Shown here: piece after piece, positions 1 to 12,672 of the stretch
Numbering within the stretch: the first letter of the stretch is position 1
Layout: each line of letters opens with the position of its first letter
Source: Phoronis australis
Lineage: Eukaryota > Animalia > Phoronida
DNA length: 64,000 nt
Assembly (NCBI GenBank): GCA_002633005.1
Contig: NMRA01000283.1
Location: 62,001 to 126,000, forward strand
Reading direction: 5' to 3'
Program-made: the position numbers and the translations under genes
The notes under the pieces: model-generated
Seen by the model: the letters and a program-made list of their open reading frames with translations, nothing else
The model's database searches: none
What the model was told of the DNA's origin: nothing

Positions 1-654
1 TAATTTGCCTAAACAATGTATGCGGACAATTAATCAAATCTCCAATTGTGAAAGGTCGCAAATTGTCTTGAATGTTGTGTTGTTTTTATTATCAATGTCA
101 AAGTGAACTTTTCTAATTTCCGATTCCACATCCTTGATAGTTGTTTGTTTAAGCTATTGGCGTGTACGTAATGCTTATAGACGTAGTAGCTGAATTCTAC
201 AAATGGAAATAATAGGCTTTTAAACACCCATTACTGACCTCTTGAAATTAGGTTAAATAGTTTTTAATAATTCATCACTCGATTGAAGTTTATGATAAAA
301 GTTCATTTTCTAAATAATATATAACGCTGCGTAAACACGACTTTTAGTGAACCTTTGGCCCGTGCGGCCGTTATTTTGCATTTTTAATTTCACGGTGCTC
401 ATTTTTAAACTAAGAAAACCCCTATGCCAAACTCAAGCGGTTGACGGCAGATGACAATGTCCTTAGTTACCTCCGCGGCGACACATCAATGGGGGGTCTA
501 CTGTGGGATTCAGAGAGTTGTGTCCGATATTACAATAAAACCTGATTAAAACAGTCCTGAAGTTGATGAATCGATTTTTTGGCTTTTGAGTATTCTACTT
601 GTTGACATGTCTTATGTAGGGTTCTTATGCTTCATTTTGCCGATTTCCCTTCAG

Positions 655-3600
655 TACTGGGTCGATGACCACTTGGTGTGGGAACCCAAGGACTACGGAA
701 ACATCACCAGCATCCGGTTGAAGACACAAAATGTCTGGATCCCGGACATAACACTGTACAACGAGTAAGTATGAAAATTGCTCCACCTGGTGTGAGTTTT
801 GCCATCTGAAGACTGCTATGTTTTGGACTGATTTTCTTTTTATTGCTTATTATCTGATCAACAATTTTTATCTTAAAGCTGTTATTGAACCCGAAATTTG
901 TTTTTAGTGAGCTTTACATATAAAATTGGCGCAGTGGCCCTAGCCTGTTCACCGCTATAAAATTGGTACCAGCTTGTTCCTTACCCTTATGAGATGTGAC
1001 TTCAGAGTTTGCAAGGACCTGACAGTGCGTTGAAACTCCCATGCCAAATGACGTCGTATGGAGGTCGCAAGGTATTGCTCAGCTTGCGAGATCCATGCGA
1101 TGGGCATAAGCGCGTCGCATGGTTATGACCTATAGGAGGCTACCGTTGTTTTTCTTTGTTGCATCTTTGATGGATATAACAATGCAGGGCGCCTGGATAC
1201 AGTACCTTGGGCGCACATCAGCCGTTACCGATAAATACTTGCCATTATCTTTATTATAAGAAAGAAAAACAAAGCGACAAATGGATACACTTATCTACCG
1301 ATCTCTATGCGACCAACTTATGACCTAGTTTTCCGATACCTCGGCTCATAAAATAAACAGCCGTGACATAGCGATTCCGTGTGGAACTTGGTCTCAAATC
1401 AATAATACATTGCTTGCCAATTGTTTGGAAGCTCTGAAATGTTCTCCAATTAGACTAAGACGCAATCGCGTGGTTACCAATTTGGTAACGGCATATGGTT
1501 TAAATCAAAAGTTAGTTTTCATGTTGGAAGGCCTGTTCACAACTGCATTAACAAATTAAAAGTTTTGATATTATGCACGTATAGTGTTTATATACTTTAT
1601 AAAACTGGTTCTCGAGCGCGTGTGACTACATAACATCGAATGAGAAGAGGTAAGATCTTATAAAATTACAAAATCGATTGTAAACATGATATTCTGTAAC
1701 ATTTAAAACAGTGTTTCATACTTGTTTTATCTTTTGCAATTTGAAATATGAGTCATTGACTAATCTGTACGAGAAAATGACACATTCCCGGCGGAAATTA
1801 TCTCTCTACCACTACTAAACCATTTAAATGTCTCACATCACCTTTTCAGTGCTGGCGATAAAGGCATGAAAAACATTTTATTCTATAATGTCAAGTATAC
1901 GAGCGATGGCAACGCCTCCTGGTTAGCTCCGATATTATTTACGAGTTCATGTAAGCTCGAGCTGGCAGCATTCCCATACGATTTACAAAAGTGCAACTTA
2001 ACCCTAGCGTCTTGGACATTTCACGGATACGACTTGGATCTATGGAATGAACGGGAAGACGGCGACCTAGCTGAATTCAACAGCAACGGAGAGTGGGAGG
2101 TTGAAAGCATGCCCGTTACCAGGTGAGACTTTTTTCTAAAAATTACCGCAGTAATATTTATTCAATAACCAGTGCAGTAGTGGGGCGTAGGCGCACGTAG
2201 GCGCAGCCAACCACCCTTTTGGCATTTGTACGTAGCGCCTACGCTCCGTAAGTTACGTTCAGAGCTCAAGGTAATACGGTGGGCTTTGGGCGCCTACTTA
2301 CCTCTTATTTTGCCACTACAGCACTGTCAATAACATGGGTTTCCAGCCATGCTGGCATTGCAGTTTTCGTAAAGACGGTCTTTGATAACGTTGTACACGA
2401 CTGAAAGTTTCATAAGAAATACAGGACATAGGAAGCTTAAGATGATAACGATGCATCCAACTGGCTACGCCCGTTTCGTACGATAACATGTGACCAAAAG
2501 AGGTGACTCAAATACAAAAGTCACTAAAAGAGTCACAACCAGTATTTTCGAAAAAGTACCGCACGCATAGACGCTCGCCACCACAAGAGTTCAGTAAAAA
2601 TGAAACTTATGAAAGGCCCTTGGGTGTTTTGAGGTATCTAGTTTTCTCTCAACTTACACCTCAACTACGTATTCTGGCGAAAAATCTTTTGACACAGATA
2701 ACCCGCTCAAATCAATGGGTGCGAGACTTTGCCAATGAAATGCGGTGGATCTTTGCACTACAGGTTATATGAATCTGTACCATGAACCTCTCGGAAATTT
2801 TAGGAAATTTTCAGACACGTTTTGAAAACAAAAAATTCTGTCAGTCACACATCATTTCGTGTAGCTTCTTACATTTGTTGTACCTCAAATTGTCCAAACA
2901 GTAACGCACTTTTCAACACACATCGAAATATATGGAGTATTTAGGTTTTACATGGGCGGCGCAGCACTGAAAGGAGTGGGGAGCTAAAGTCCCCTCACCC
3001 CCCCTGTGATGCACAGCCTATAGACCACGTGCGGCGTAGCACTGAAAAAGTGGGGCTATAGCCCCTCCCGCCACCCCGCCCATGTTTTATTTACTGCAAC
3101 GCATCATAAATTTCAGGACGGTGAAGTACTACAACTGTTGCAAAGAACCCTACCCGTCTCTAACGTACACCATACGCATGCGCCGAATGCCTCTGTTCTA
3201 CACATTTAACCTGCTCGTGCCTTGTGTCGTGATCACGGCCATTACAGCCGTGGGATTTTACCTGCCGCCGGACTCCGGCGAGAAATGTTCGCTTATGATC
3301 ACCATAATGCTCTCATTGACTGTCTTCCTGCTGATGGTGGCGGAAAGCATGCCACCGTCGTCCGTTGCCATTCCTCTCATTGGTAAGTCAAACTCCAAAT
3401 CTAATGCGATGAGTTCCAGAGACTCAGAACATTCTAATAGTCTAAGTTCTTACAAATTCTAATGGTGAAACAATGATTCGGGTAGAAACGATACCAAAAG
3501 ATACGTAATGTACACAGATGCGCTTAAAGGGATACCGAACCCTGTTTTGAAGATTTCAACCAATCCTCGTTCTGTCACCTGCTAATGCATCGTTGGCGTT

Positions 3601-6600
3601 AACCTTGAAAGATATCATAAAGGCAGGAATCAATTAAAAACTCACACTCTCTATCTCACAAATTGGATATTTCGATCTTTGGTGGGAGGTATTTTCCCAC
3701 AGTTGCCGTTTGCCGTGTTATTCGCTAAAAGCGTGCAGTGTAGGTCACGCTGCCCACAGACTTTGAACGGAGTTTCAAAATTTCTTCCAAACTTTTTAGG
3801 ATTGTCGAGGGTTACTGAGCATTATTTTGTTTCAGAGAACTGGATGGGAGAGTCGTTTTTAGTATCTGCTAATAAGCTAAAACCGGGTTTGATATCCTTT
3901 TAAAATGATCGCGTTGAGAGAAAGTTACGCTATTCAAAAAGGCAATAGGTAATACTGTATGTGAAAATAATATCCATACATTGATTCCCAAATGAAAGCG
4001 CAAATAATCAATTTTTATGGCAGCGCTGTATGCTATCCTATATTTCCGAAAACCTCTGCTCGTCCTTGTGAGCGTCGAATCAATCTCATCGAAAGAACCA
4101 TGCTTACGAATTGTCGACAATTGACGCAGGGTTTTCGAATTCTGGATTCCGAAGTGGCTGCTCTAGACAAATCACATTACATTTGGGTTTTGCACATCTA
4201 TAAGCAGTGTTGTTGTCTCTCCCCTTTAGGTTGGTATTTCGCCGCCTCCATCATACTCGTTGCCATTTCTACTACACTCACAGTCGTCATCATAGCCACA
4301 CATCACAAAGGAAACCACAACAAAATTGTTCCACCCTGGATCAGGAAGCTCGTGCTTTGTTACCTTGCAACGCTTATAGGGCGGAGGAAGATGGTAAAAG
4401 AGATGGCTTGCACGTCAATGTATAAGGTAAAAGATTCAGAGAACGACTGCTGTATTAACGGATCAAAAATCGCCATTTTAAAAGTACACGTAAGCACAAA
4501 ATAACCGATGAGCTTCATTCCGACCAGGAAATAAGGAGTGTAAAGTTGCTTTACTGTCTTTAAGATAGTAGTGTTACCTTAGGACACTGCGACTGTCGAA
4601 TATTTTCCAAATGTCGACAAAAAATCCGAGTTCTGCAAGAAGGCAAATTGACATTTCTAGTTTTCTGCGGTTCTACCATACATTAAATACTAGGCGACAT
4701 GACGGTTCGACCGCAGTTGTTCTCAGGTGGCGAGCAGAACGGACGTAGGACAATCTCGTCTGCTGAAGGAAAAGTCCTGACGCATCTCGGAGTATTTTAC
4801 CCTCTGACACAGCGCCTCCTATACTGAAAAGTAGCACTGTGGAAACATCAACGACACACGGAATTCCGTGTGTGGGTATCAATGCGCATGCCTAGGTCGG
4901 AAGTATACCGATCACAGCGCCACCACTTGCACACGTTTTTATGTACTGTACTTGTTTGCGTTTAAGCCACTGGATCGGGATTCTCATGATTTTGCTTACT
5001 TCGATCACTACCGTTTTAATAAATTGTAACTATTCAAGTCAAAGGTGGTCGCCATACGTAAACTGAAAGGGAGTTTCCCAGAAATCAACCAATGGGAATG
5101 ACTGTGTAGGAGTATTTATCTATGGTTATACCGTGGGCGGAATAGAGTTCATGGTACATTTTACCTAAACAACGTTCAATGTACCTTTAATATCTAGTTA
5201 TTCGCCTAGCATTGCTATGCACTGTTAGTTACTATACAAGAAAAAAATTATCCATTGATTTACTTCAATTGGTGTACTTTTGATTCAATGTCTACAACAA
5301 CTACCGAACGGACATGACTACGATCATTACATTTTGAGTGTAAAGCTTTTATCGACGTATAAGGGAAACGTTTGGACGTGCTTTATTGAAACAATACGCT
5401 TGTTTGCTAGCAGATGCACACATGCCATTTTTAAGCGCACATGATACTTTTTAGACTGGCATTATCATTTACATTTGGTCTCTTAACTTGCACAATATGT
5501 TTTGTGTATTGCAATCGATCCTGGCAGCAACTAAACGCGAATTCATCCGTAAGCCAATTTCTCTGTTCTGGGATACTGTGGTAATGGTAGTAACGGACAA
5601 ACTTTCTGTTGCTATCCTGACGAAGACCCACCATGTTTTAAAGATTGCACACACACACACACACACATTGATTTGTCGGAGATTAAAATCGTGCTCACTT
5701 GGCAAATATCAATAACCTTCTTATATTTGCGAAGTGCCTGTCTTTCCTGTTTGTGTGAAAAATAGCGATCGTTCAACGCTCAAAGTATTGAACACGATAC
5801 CCATAATTCTATTTCTATTGTCTACGTGAGAACACTCAACACTCGTAAGACAAATTTCATTGTACTTCCATCTACATTCGATTTTCAATTTTCGTTTTGC
5901 ATACTGGAAATGGAATACTGAACAAAAGGTATATTTTAGTTTTCGTTTTACGTATTAAAATCCCTGCATGAACGGAATGCCCAGTGATTTGAAAGCGTTA
6001 AACGTTGGCTTGTATGTTTTTATCCAGGCCTTGAACGACCAGCTGCATATACATGTAGGTCGATGTACATGTACAGACAATAAATAATTTGAACTCTGTG
6101 TATTAGTACATTCTTTGATTTCTTAGGATCTTTGAACAATTTCTGCTTTGACCTTGGCCCATAGCAGACAATGAAACTTCATCCAGATTAGTAAAGCGAG
6201 AATAATAGTTTAACAAATTGTTATCTTTAATTGAAAATATTCACAACGTTGCTGTTCAGATGGGCATGAATTGTAATTTTTCAACCTTCATTTATGTACA
6301 TGTAAAACCATATGTGCCTGTCGCTCAGCTTCAGTGGCAGTGTGCTTAATAGTGCTAGTGGTGGTCTGTTCAGTTTACTGTAAGTGACCAGTTATACACT
6401 GTACATGTATAAGCTATTAGTTTTGAAATTTAAGCTTAAGTTAGGAGCTTGCTTATCTTTCTTCAAGGAGATTTACAATATATTGATAGAAGTCCCATAT
6501 TTTGAAAGTGTACTGTATAAACAGGACTTTTGTCTCCTTTGTGGACACAGGTGTAGTAATTAGATTAAAGTCTCACATTGAGTAGCTTGAAGAAACTAAA

Positions 6601-9118
6601 AACACGGAATCTGCTGCAACCAAGCATGGCTTCGATGCGTAGTTGAGCAATACTGCAACAGATGTTTAGAGATATTTTAGAAACATATTTTCCCGTGATG
6701 AAGTTTTGTATTTTATTTTGGAAAAGTTCAGAAAGGCTTATTCTAGAAAGGTTAATCCTACGCACTGAGGATTTTCGCCTCCCACGCATAGAACATTTCC
6801 CTTCGCAATTTTTAGACTCAGGCTTTGATCTGAAAAACTGCTCTTTTTACAGGCGATGGCAAGACAATATGACCGCTCAATCAGATCAAACGTAATCACA
6901 ACTCCAGCCAGCTGGAGTTGGCGAATTGTTCTGTTATACATTATAATACTCAAAGCTTTGACGAAATTCAGTGATACAATCCAAAAGCCCTGAATACGTT
7001 TTTCGATCTTACATCGATTGCAGCTCTTTAAGTATATTTACATTTGTTGAAGAACTAGAATCGTGAAAAACTTTAATGTGTGTTCATTAGAACGATATTA
7101 TTGATCGGTAAAGTATCACGCGCCAAGTACAATGTACTCTTTACAACATAAGGAAACGACACGATCGTAAACGTTTCGTATTCATTGCATGCTTAGGAAA
7201 ACCGCCGCGCGTAATTCAAGTAAAAGTTCTTAAAGATACTTTTTCGTTCACATGAACATTCACCAAGTAAGAACACACCATGAGTTTCGTCAATTGAAAG
7301 AAATCACTGAAATGTAAACATTTCGTAGCTTTCAGCCCTGTTTGTGTTTGCCTTATTTTACTAATTGATCTTTCAATTTTTTAAGTGGGTGGTGTTTACT
7401 TGAGAACTTTATTACATATGGCGGCAGTTGAGTAAGTACCCATAATGCATGAGTCAGCTGTCACTCACTACGGCATCCATTTTAGGTGGTGGTTCACCGC
7501 CAGAAATAAAAATTAAACCAAAGAATTCAAATCAAATTCAATTAAAAATGAAAATATTTGGAGTTGTGATGAATAAGCATTATTTGAACTTACCTTCCAA
7601 TAGAACTAAGTTGCGTTAAAATACACTTCATGAAACTTTTATATAAAGTGAAGCGAAAAGGGTATCTTTAAAATAAATTTGATTCATACTTGCACGTACT
7701 GCCTTAGCATAGGCCAATCATTTCTAAAACTGTTCTCAAAATTCATTTACCATACTAGCATTGGTTTCTACCACCAATCGAGAGGTCACCTGCGCCGATT
7801 GGTGTGAGGCAATACCGAAGCGGGCTAATCCCGGTATTTTCTAACTTTTTGTCTATGCCTACTGGTTTGCTTGCCAGTGATAGATTTCAAATTAATTTGA
7901 TCGACAAATCATGAGCGTCAGGACAGGGAAATTTACTACCTTGAAATAAAATAAAACCGATATGTTTTCATAATGTCTATAACTAAAATAAACTTAACTG
8001 ATATTTCCAAACGCCTTAGGTGAGGACAGAATCTTCTATTTCTATATTGGGAAGCACTTGATGACTAGCATGCACGCATACTTGAAACTCTGCTTCCGTC
8101 ACTAAAAAATACCCCATTGCCGAAAACAAGTGACAAAAATTTGAACATCAGATAAAATTATGATAAAATCGTTTTATCATGGGAGTGTGGAAAAGCTTGG
8201 GGTGTACTGTGTCTGGTTGAATGAACTGGGCCCGTGATTTAACATTTGCGCTCGAAATCGATCGAGAAATTATTTAAAAAATTTTACAGTCTGTTTAATA
8301 CGAAGTTCAGATAAGAGTCTGTTCTTCTATACTGGAGTATGTTATAATGACTTGTGAATCTTTTCCCTCTGTGTCTGTACTTGATGACAACAGGGTCCGG
8401 GGTCTAATATTTGTACTCTTGTTTGTCCCCGTCCCTAGATTCGAGCTACACACTCGAGTAAACGTCGAACTTTCAAGTTCTGACTCTTACTTGTTGCTTG
8501 AATTCTGACATCATCAAGTGCATGCTAGGATTAGACAACCCTTCGCGTAAACCAAAGTGTACTCCAGCATAGAATAATAGACACACAGCCTGAGGTCGCA
8601 TAAAAGTAGAACAGAAAATGTCAAAAACAATTTCGAGATCGATACCGACTACAAAGAATAGATCCCGGGCACTGGGCGTTTCTGATGCTCGCTGTAAACA
8701 GTGAGTAAGGAGGAAACGCCCCTTTAATTATATTTCGGAATATGTTTTTCGAGAATCACTAAATCTGATATATTGTTTTCAGGGGTCGAAGACCCAGGGT
8801 TCATTTTCCGTTACGCCGACTCTGGAGGATAAAGCCGCGGAGAGTATTGTCATGAACAGTATCAATCTTGAACAGCCGGCAGTTACAGGACTCTTGCGGA
8901 TGCCAGTGAAAAGCACAAATTCAAAAACAAACCAGCTTTTGTCCAGGATTGCCACGCACACGCAATACTTATGTGATATAGCCGAGTCTAAGGACACAGC
9001 ATCGAAGGTGTCAGAAGAATGGCAAATGGTCGCCATTATATTGGACAGGTTTTGCTTTTACCTCTTTGGCATTGTTGTGATAACTTTCGGCGTATTTATG
9101 TTTACATATTCGCCGTAA
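655..9118 (+). CDS. Nicotinic acetylcholine receptor alpha subunit (alpha7/9/10-like, cation-type Cys-loop receptor); 5' exons lie upstream of the window
   Basis: Exons 655-764, 1850-2122, 3117-3382, 4230-4426, 8783-9118 all have AG/GT boundaries with compatible phases (1182 nt, 393 aa + TAA). Motifs: loop [10 protein letters not shown], Cys-loop [15 protein letters not shown], loop B SWTFHG, loop [10 protein letters not shown] (vicinal Cys = alpha subunit), M1 [13 protein letters not shown]2 entry DSGEK, M4 [15 protein letters not shown]. Confidence 0.95.
2170..2326. mobile_element. hAT-type MITE (157 bp) in nAChR intron
   Basis: TIRs CAGTGCAGTAGTGG / CCACTACAGCACTG; perfect 8-bp TSD TCAATAAC at 2162-2169 and 2327-2334; internal GTAGGCG/CGCCTAC subrepeats. 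Confidence 0.85.
2951..3084. mobile_element. Small hAT-like MITE with 5-bp TSD
   Basis: TIRs CATGGGCGG / CCGCCCATG; TTTTA on both sides (2946-2950, 3085-3089); internal ~40-bp direct repeat GCGGCG(C/T)AGCACTGAAA...GTGGGG. Confidence 0.65.
3528..3899. mobile_element. Kolobok-type MITE (TTAA TSD)
   Basis: TTAA|AGGGATACCGAACCCTGTTTT ... AAAACCGGGTTTGATATCCTT|TTAA; imperfect TIRs, TTAA at 3524-3527 and 3900-3903. Confidence 0.65.
5648..5667. repeat. (CA)10 microsatellite
   Basis: Pure CA dinucleotide run. Confidence 0.9.
7234..7667. mobile_element. Kolobok-type MITE (TTAA TSD)
   Basis: TTAA|AGATACTTTTTCGTTCAC ... GTGAAGCGAAAAGGGTATCT|TTAA; TTAA at 7230-7233 and 7668-7671. Confidence 0.65.
8391..8674. 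mobile_element. Palindromic MITE, same family as 12265-12672
   Basis: Imperfect TIRs CAGGGTCCGGGGTCTAATATTTGTA / TACAAAGAATAGATCCCGGGCACTG; its last ~120 bp align with 12555-12672 (GCATAGAATAATAGACAC...AAAAGTAGA..AGAAAATG.CAAA...ATTTCGAG). No TSD seen. Confidence 0.65.
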
Positions 9119-10063
9119 CTGAAAAAGAACTAGAATGGTGCATCGGAGAACAAAGGGGAACTTCCACAGACATGGTACCCAGGAAGGTGTCTTGGTAAAT
9201 TGCTCGACAGAATATTATACGAGTGAAAGTACTACGCAATTGGTAGACATTTTCCATTTCCGCAAACAGACGACTCGAGTCTATCCTGGGAATAGAAAAT
9301 GAAACGTTTATAACAAAGTTCAAGAGCGATTCTGAGCGTGCTTTCGTGTGCAACTGTGTTTGCATTTATTTGTATAGATTGCAAGGATGAAAGCACAAGT
9401 AATGGCAAGGAGTATTGAGGTGAAAATTAATAAATGGAGCCGTTTTATTTAAGCACTAGATACAAATGTGTACGACATCAATATCAAATCAAAGCAAGTG
9501 GGGTGAATTCACGTTAATCAAGTAAAACATCAGTATAATTTGAATTTTATTAAATTGAAAGGATTGTTATCGACGTTTTTCACAGTGGAACAACCAAAGC
9601 GAGTGATAGTGTGTTTTCGCGGGAATTTCCGACCAAACGATGAGAGCTTTTGGAAAAAGTCTCCGGGATGCTCATATTCGGATATCTGTTTATCTGGCAA
9701 GGTTGTATGCTGTAGTGCGCCTACTGTGAATTAACTATCAGGCTGTCCAGGCTCCTTGTTTCTTCAAACCCACAGCTCGAGAAATACGCTTCTCCTTTTC
9801 CTGAAGACGTACTTGTACTTCGTCCGTGGCAAGACAATCTTTCCCACAAGAAGTTGTCCACATCTTAAACGTGGTCACCTAGAACCTTCTAACCCAAGGA
9901 ATACTTACAGTATAGTATGAAATGCATGTGTCGAAGTATAGTGCTACATCTTCCTCTGCACACCAATTTTCCTTCCTACAAAAACACCAGTCTTCACTCT
10001 ATACTAATGTCTCCATCTTCCACAGAGTCAAAAAACACAGTTTACATTCCTCCATTATGGATG

Positions 10064-11724
10064 CAGGCCCGTAGCCAGCGTTGCGAAGGAGGAGGTTCGA
10101 ATTTCTTGAACGGTGGACCATTGATACTTTGCAAATATCGACACTGTCGAGTTTCATTAAGGCCCGGCCTCAGTTGACACAGCTTAATCAGGGGGAAGGA
10201 AAATTCTTATACACAACGATGACTCTCAGCTCTATGTTTTTGGTATGAGACGGAGTTAATAGTATTACCAGAGATGGGGATGCCGTGACGGTAGCTGGCA
10301 AACTTAGAACGGGAATCAGTTCTGATGTAACCTGGTCCAAAACGTTCTCACGTCACTTCCTGTCAAATTGTCAAATCAGGCATGCTTAAATGAGTGATTA
10401 CACCTACTCAGACAAAAAATGTTTATTCGGAGAATAATTGACAAAATTTTTATCTACTTATATTTTTGTTACTTAAATTGCTTACGCGTTGGAAATGGGA
10501 ACAGCCCACTACTCACCATGCCGTTCTCCATTTCGAAGTTTCACTACTTCAAAAGTTCACTACTACTAAAATATCTAACTTTTTCAACTCGTTTGTAATT
10601 TTTACATTTTACATGAAAAATGAATGATACTTCGGTTATTAGATAAACTGAATGGTGTACTTATACCGAAAACAACACCCTGGTGCACTAAAATACTTTT
10701 GTTTGGATTTCATGCGCATGCGAAATTGCCCGCATGTCTTACGAATATGGAAAAATTAGAAATTGCATTTTAAAAAAATGGAGATGAATTATCAGCCACG
10801 ATACATTCATCAAATCCATATCAAGGTCTCATCAGTTCACAGCGCAAATGAAAAGTTTAGGGCCTCTGCGCCTGAACCTCACCCACCGGAACCACGCACA
10901 CGGCCGGGTTGAAATTAAATGTGCTTAACAGGCTTTTCTCTGCCAGTCTTCACGAAGTCAGAGAGTCCCATTCAGTCTTCCTAAATTTAAAACCGTTGGT
11001 CACCGCAGCAGTTAAATGTCTGCTTTTTAGCAACGACGTAGGACTGCCTTTAGTGAACTTAACGTTTGCATCTACTGCATTTAAGCACGGAAACGCACAC
11101 ACGTGTACACGCATGCATGTCAATTCACTAATCCACAATCGAAGTGGACACTGGATGAAAAGCATACCTGTATTTGATGAACACCTTCGATTCCACATTT
11201 TAAAACGCCTGCCCTTTACCGTACTATGCTAGCAAGCAATGTCAGAAAAGAAACCGACTTTCTGCTGTTTTGTTTCTTGGTCGATTTTAAGGCATTTACA
11301 CCGCACTACATTTTGGGAGCTCTCTAGCTGCTATGTAGCTTATCTACGTACAGACATTTACTTCTAGACTCCCTTTTTACCCTACCACGTGACGTATGTT
11401 CAATGCCGATGAGTAACATAAAAGCCTCCGCTAATGGTCTGCATAGTGTCATCTACCCAAATACATGGGCCACTCGGGCGAAGTTTGCCCCCGGGGTACG
11501 GCCCGATGGTTACGTGAAGCGCTTTGAATCAGAAGCAAATTCAAAATTATTACTAACTTAGCTTTCATTGTAGTTAGTAGTACCAGTACATGTATCTGCA
11601 ATAATTTTGTTGTTGTCCATCTGTATCCTATCTCTAACGAATAAGCTGGGGCTGGACCTTTTCCTCGGAGGGGGTAGGAGGGTTCGATCGAACCCCTCGA
11701 CCCCCCCCCCCCTGCTACGGCCTG
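10064..11724. mobile_element. Non-autonomous hAT-like DNA transposon (1.66 kb) with 5-bp TSD
   Basis: Ends CAGGCCCGTAGC / GCTACGGCCTG; GGATG at 10059-10063 and 11725-11729; G/C-run subterminal tracts; no transposase ORF recognised. Confidence 0.6.
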
Positions 11725-12028
11725 GGATGGCGTTTGTAGGTTCACAGCCGAAGTCATCATGTAGACGCAAGAAACTTGCGATATTGTTGCGGCGAGAAAT
11801 CTTCGTTTAAGGAGCGAAAGTAGTGAATTCTATAATCTAGTTCAAACATCAACGTCACTGTCCAGTCACTTCATAGGTCGCCTAGCGTAAGCTGGTAAGA
11901 TCTCAAATGTACTCGTGAAACACTTGCCTTTATCTCGCGTTATTTGCATGGTCTTGCCTTTTTGCTAGTCTCTTTCGTCTACGGCAGCCCTGCTGAAACT
12001 AGAAGGCATGCCAAACCATTTGCCCTAC

Positions 12029-12186
12029 CAGGGGCGGATCCAGGATTTTGAGTAGGGGGGAGGCACGGCAGAGTATTAGCCGAGATTTTTCCCGTCGGAC
12101 ATTCCCACCCCACAACTGTCAAATTGAATCTGGGAGAATTTTAGGGTGGCCATGTCCCCATTGGCCCCCCTCTAAATCCATCACTG
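12029..12186. mobile_element. hAT-like MITE with 5-bp TSD
   Basis: CAGGGGCGGATCCAG...GGGGGG ... CCCCCTCTAAATCCATCACTG; CCTAC at 12024-12028 and 12187-12191. Related ends at ~16860-16890 (TAGATCCGCCACTG) and 26449 (CAGTGGCGTACC). Confidence 0.65.
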
Positions 12187-12264
12187 CCTACCAACGGTTG
12201 ACTATATGTAGCATACGCTATGCTGCTGCATCAGATAGACCATGCACTGCTAAAGGACACCCAC

Positions 12265-12672
12265 GAGGCCCGGAATCTAATTTTTGTACTCGAAACGAAC
12301 TCAAAATTAGTTTTTGCAATTTCTCTGATACTTTTACGCGAACTCAACATAAGTGATTATTAGACTGTGTTCGAATACATCATAGTTTATGCATATGAGT
12401 TTCTAGTCCCAGTTTGCACTTGATGAACCTTATACATGTATTCGAGTTACGAACTCCAGTAAAGCTCGAAATTTCGAGTTCAAACTCTAACTTTTAGTCT
12501 CAATGTTGGCTTTATCAACTGAAACTAGGACAAAAATTATCCACGTAAGTCATTATGTACTCGAGCATAGAATAATAGACACTTACCTTGAGTTCGCACA
12601 AAAGTAGAGTAGAAAATGCCAAACAAAATTTCGAGTTCCATTTCGAGCAAAAAGATTAAAACCCGGAAGCTG
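12265..12672. mobile_element. Palindromic MITE, same family as 8391-8674
   Basis: Long imperfect inverted arms (CCCGGAATCTAATTTTTGTACTCGAAA ... TTTCGAGCAAAAAGATTAAAACCCGG); shares sequence with 8391-8674. Confidence 0.65.
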
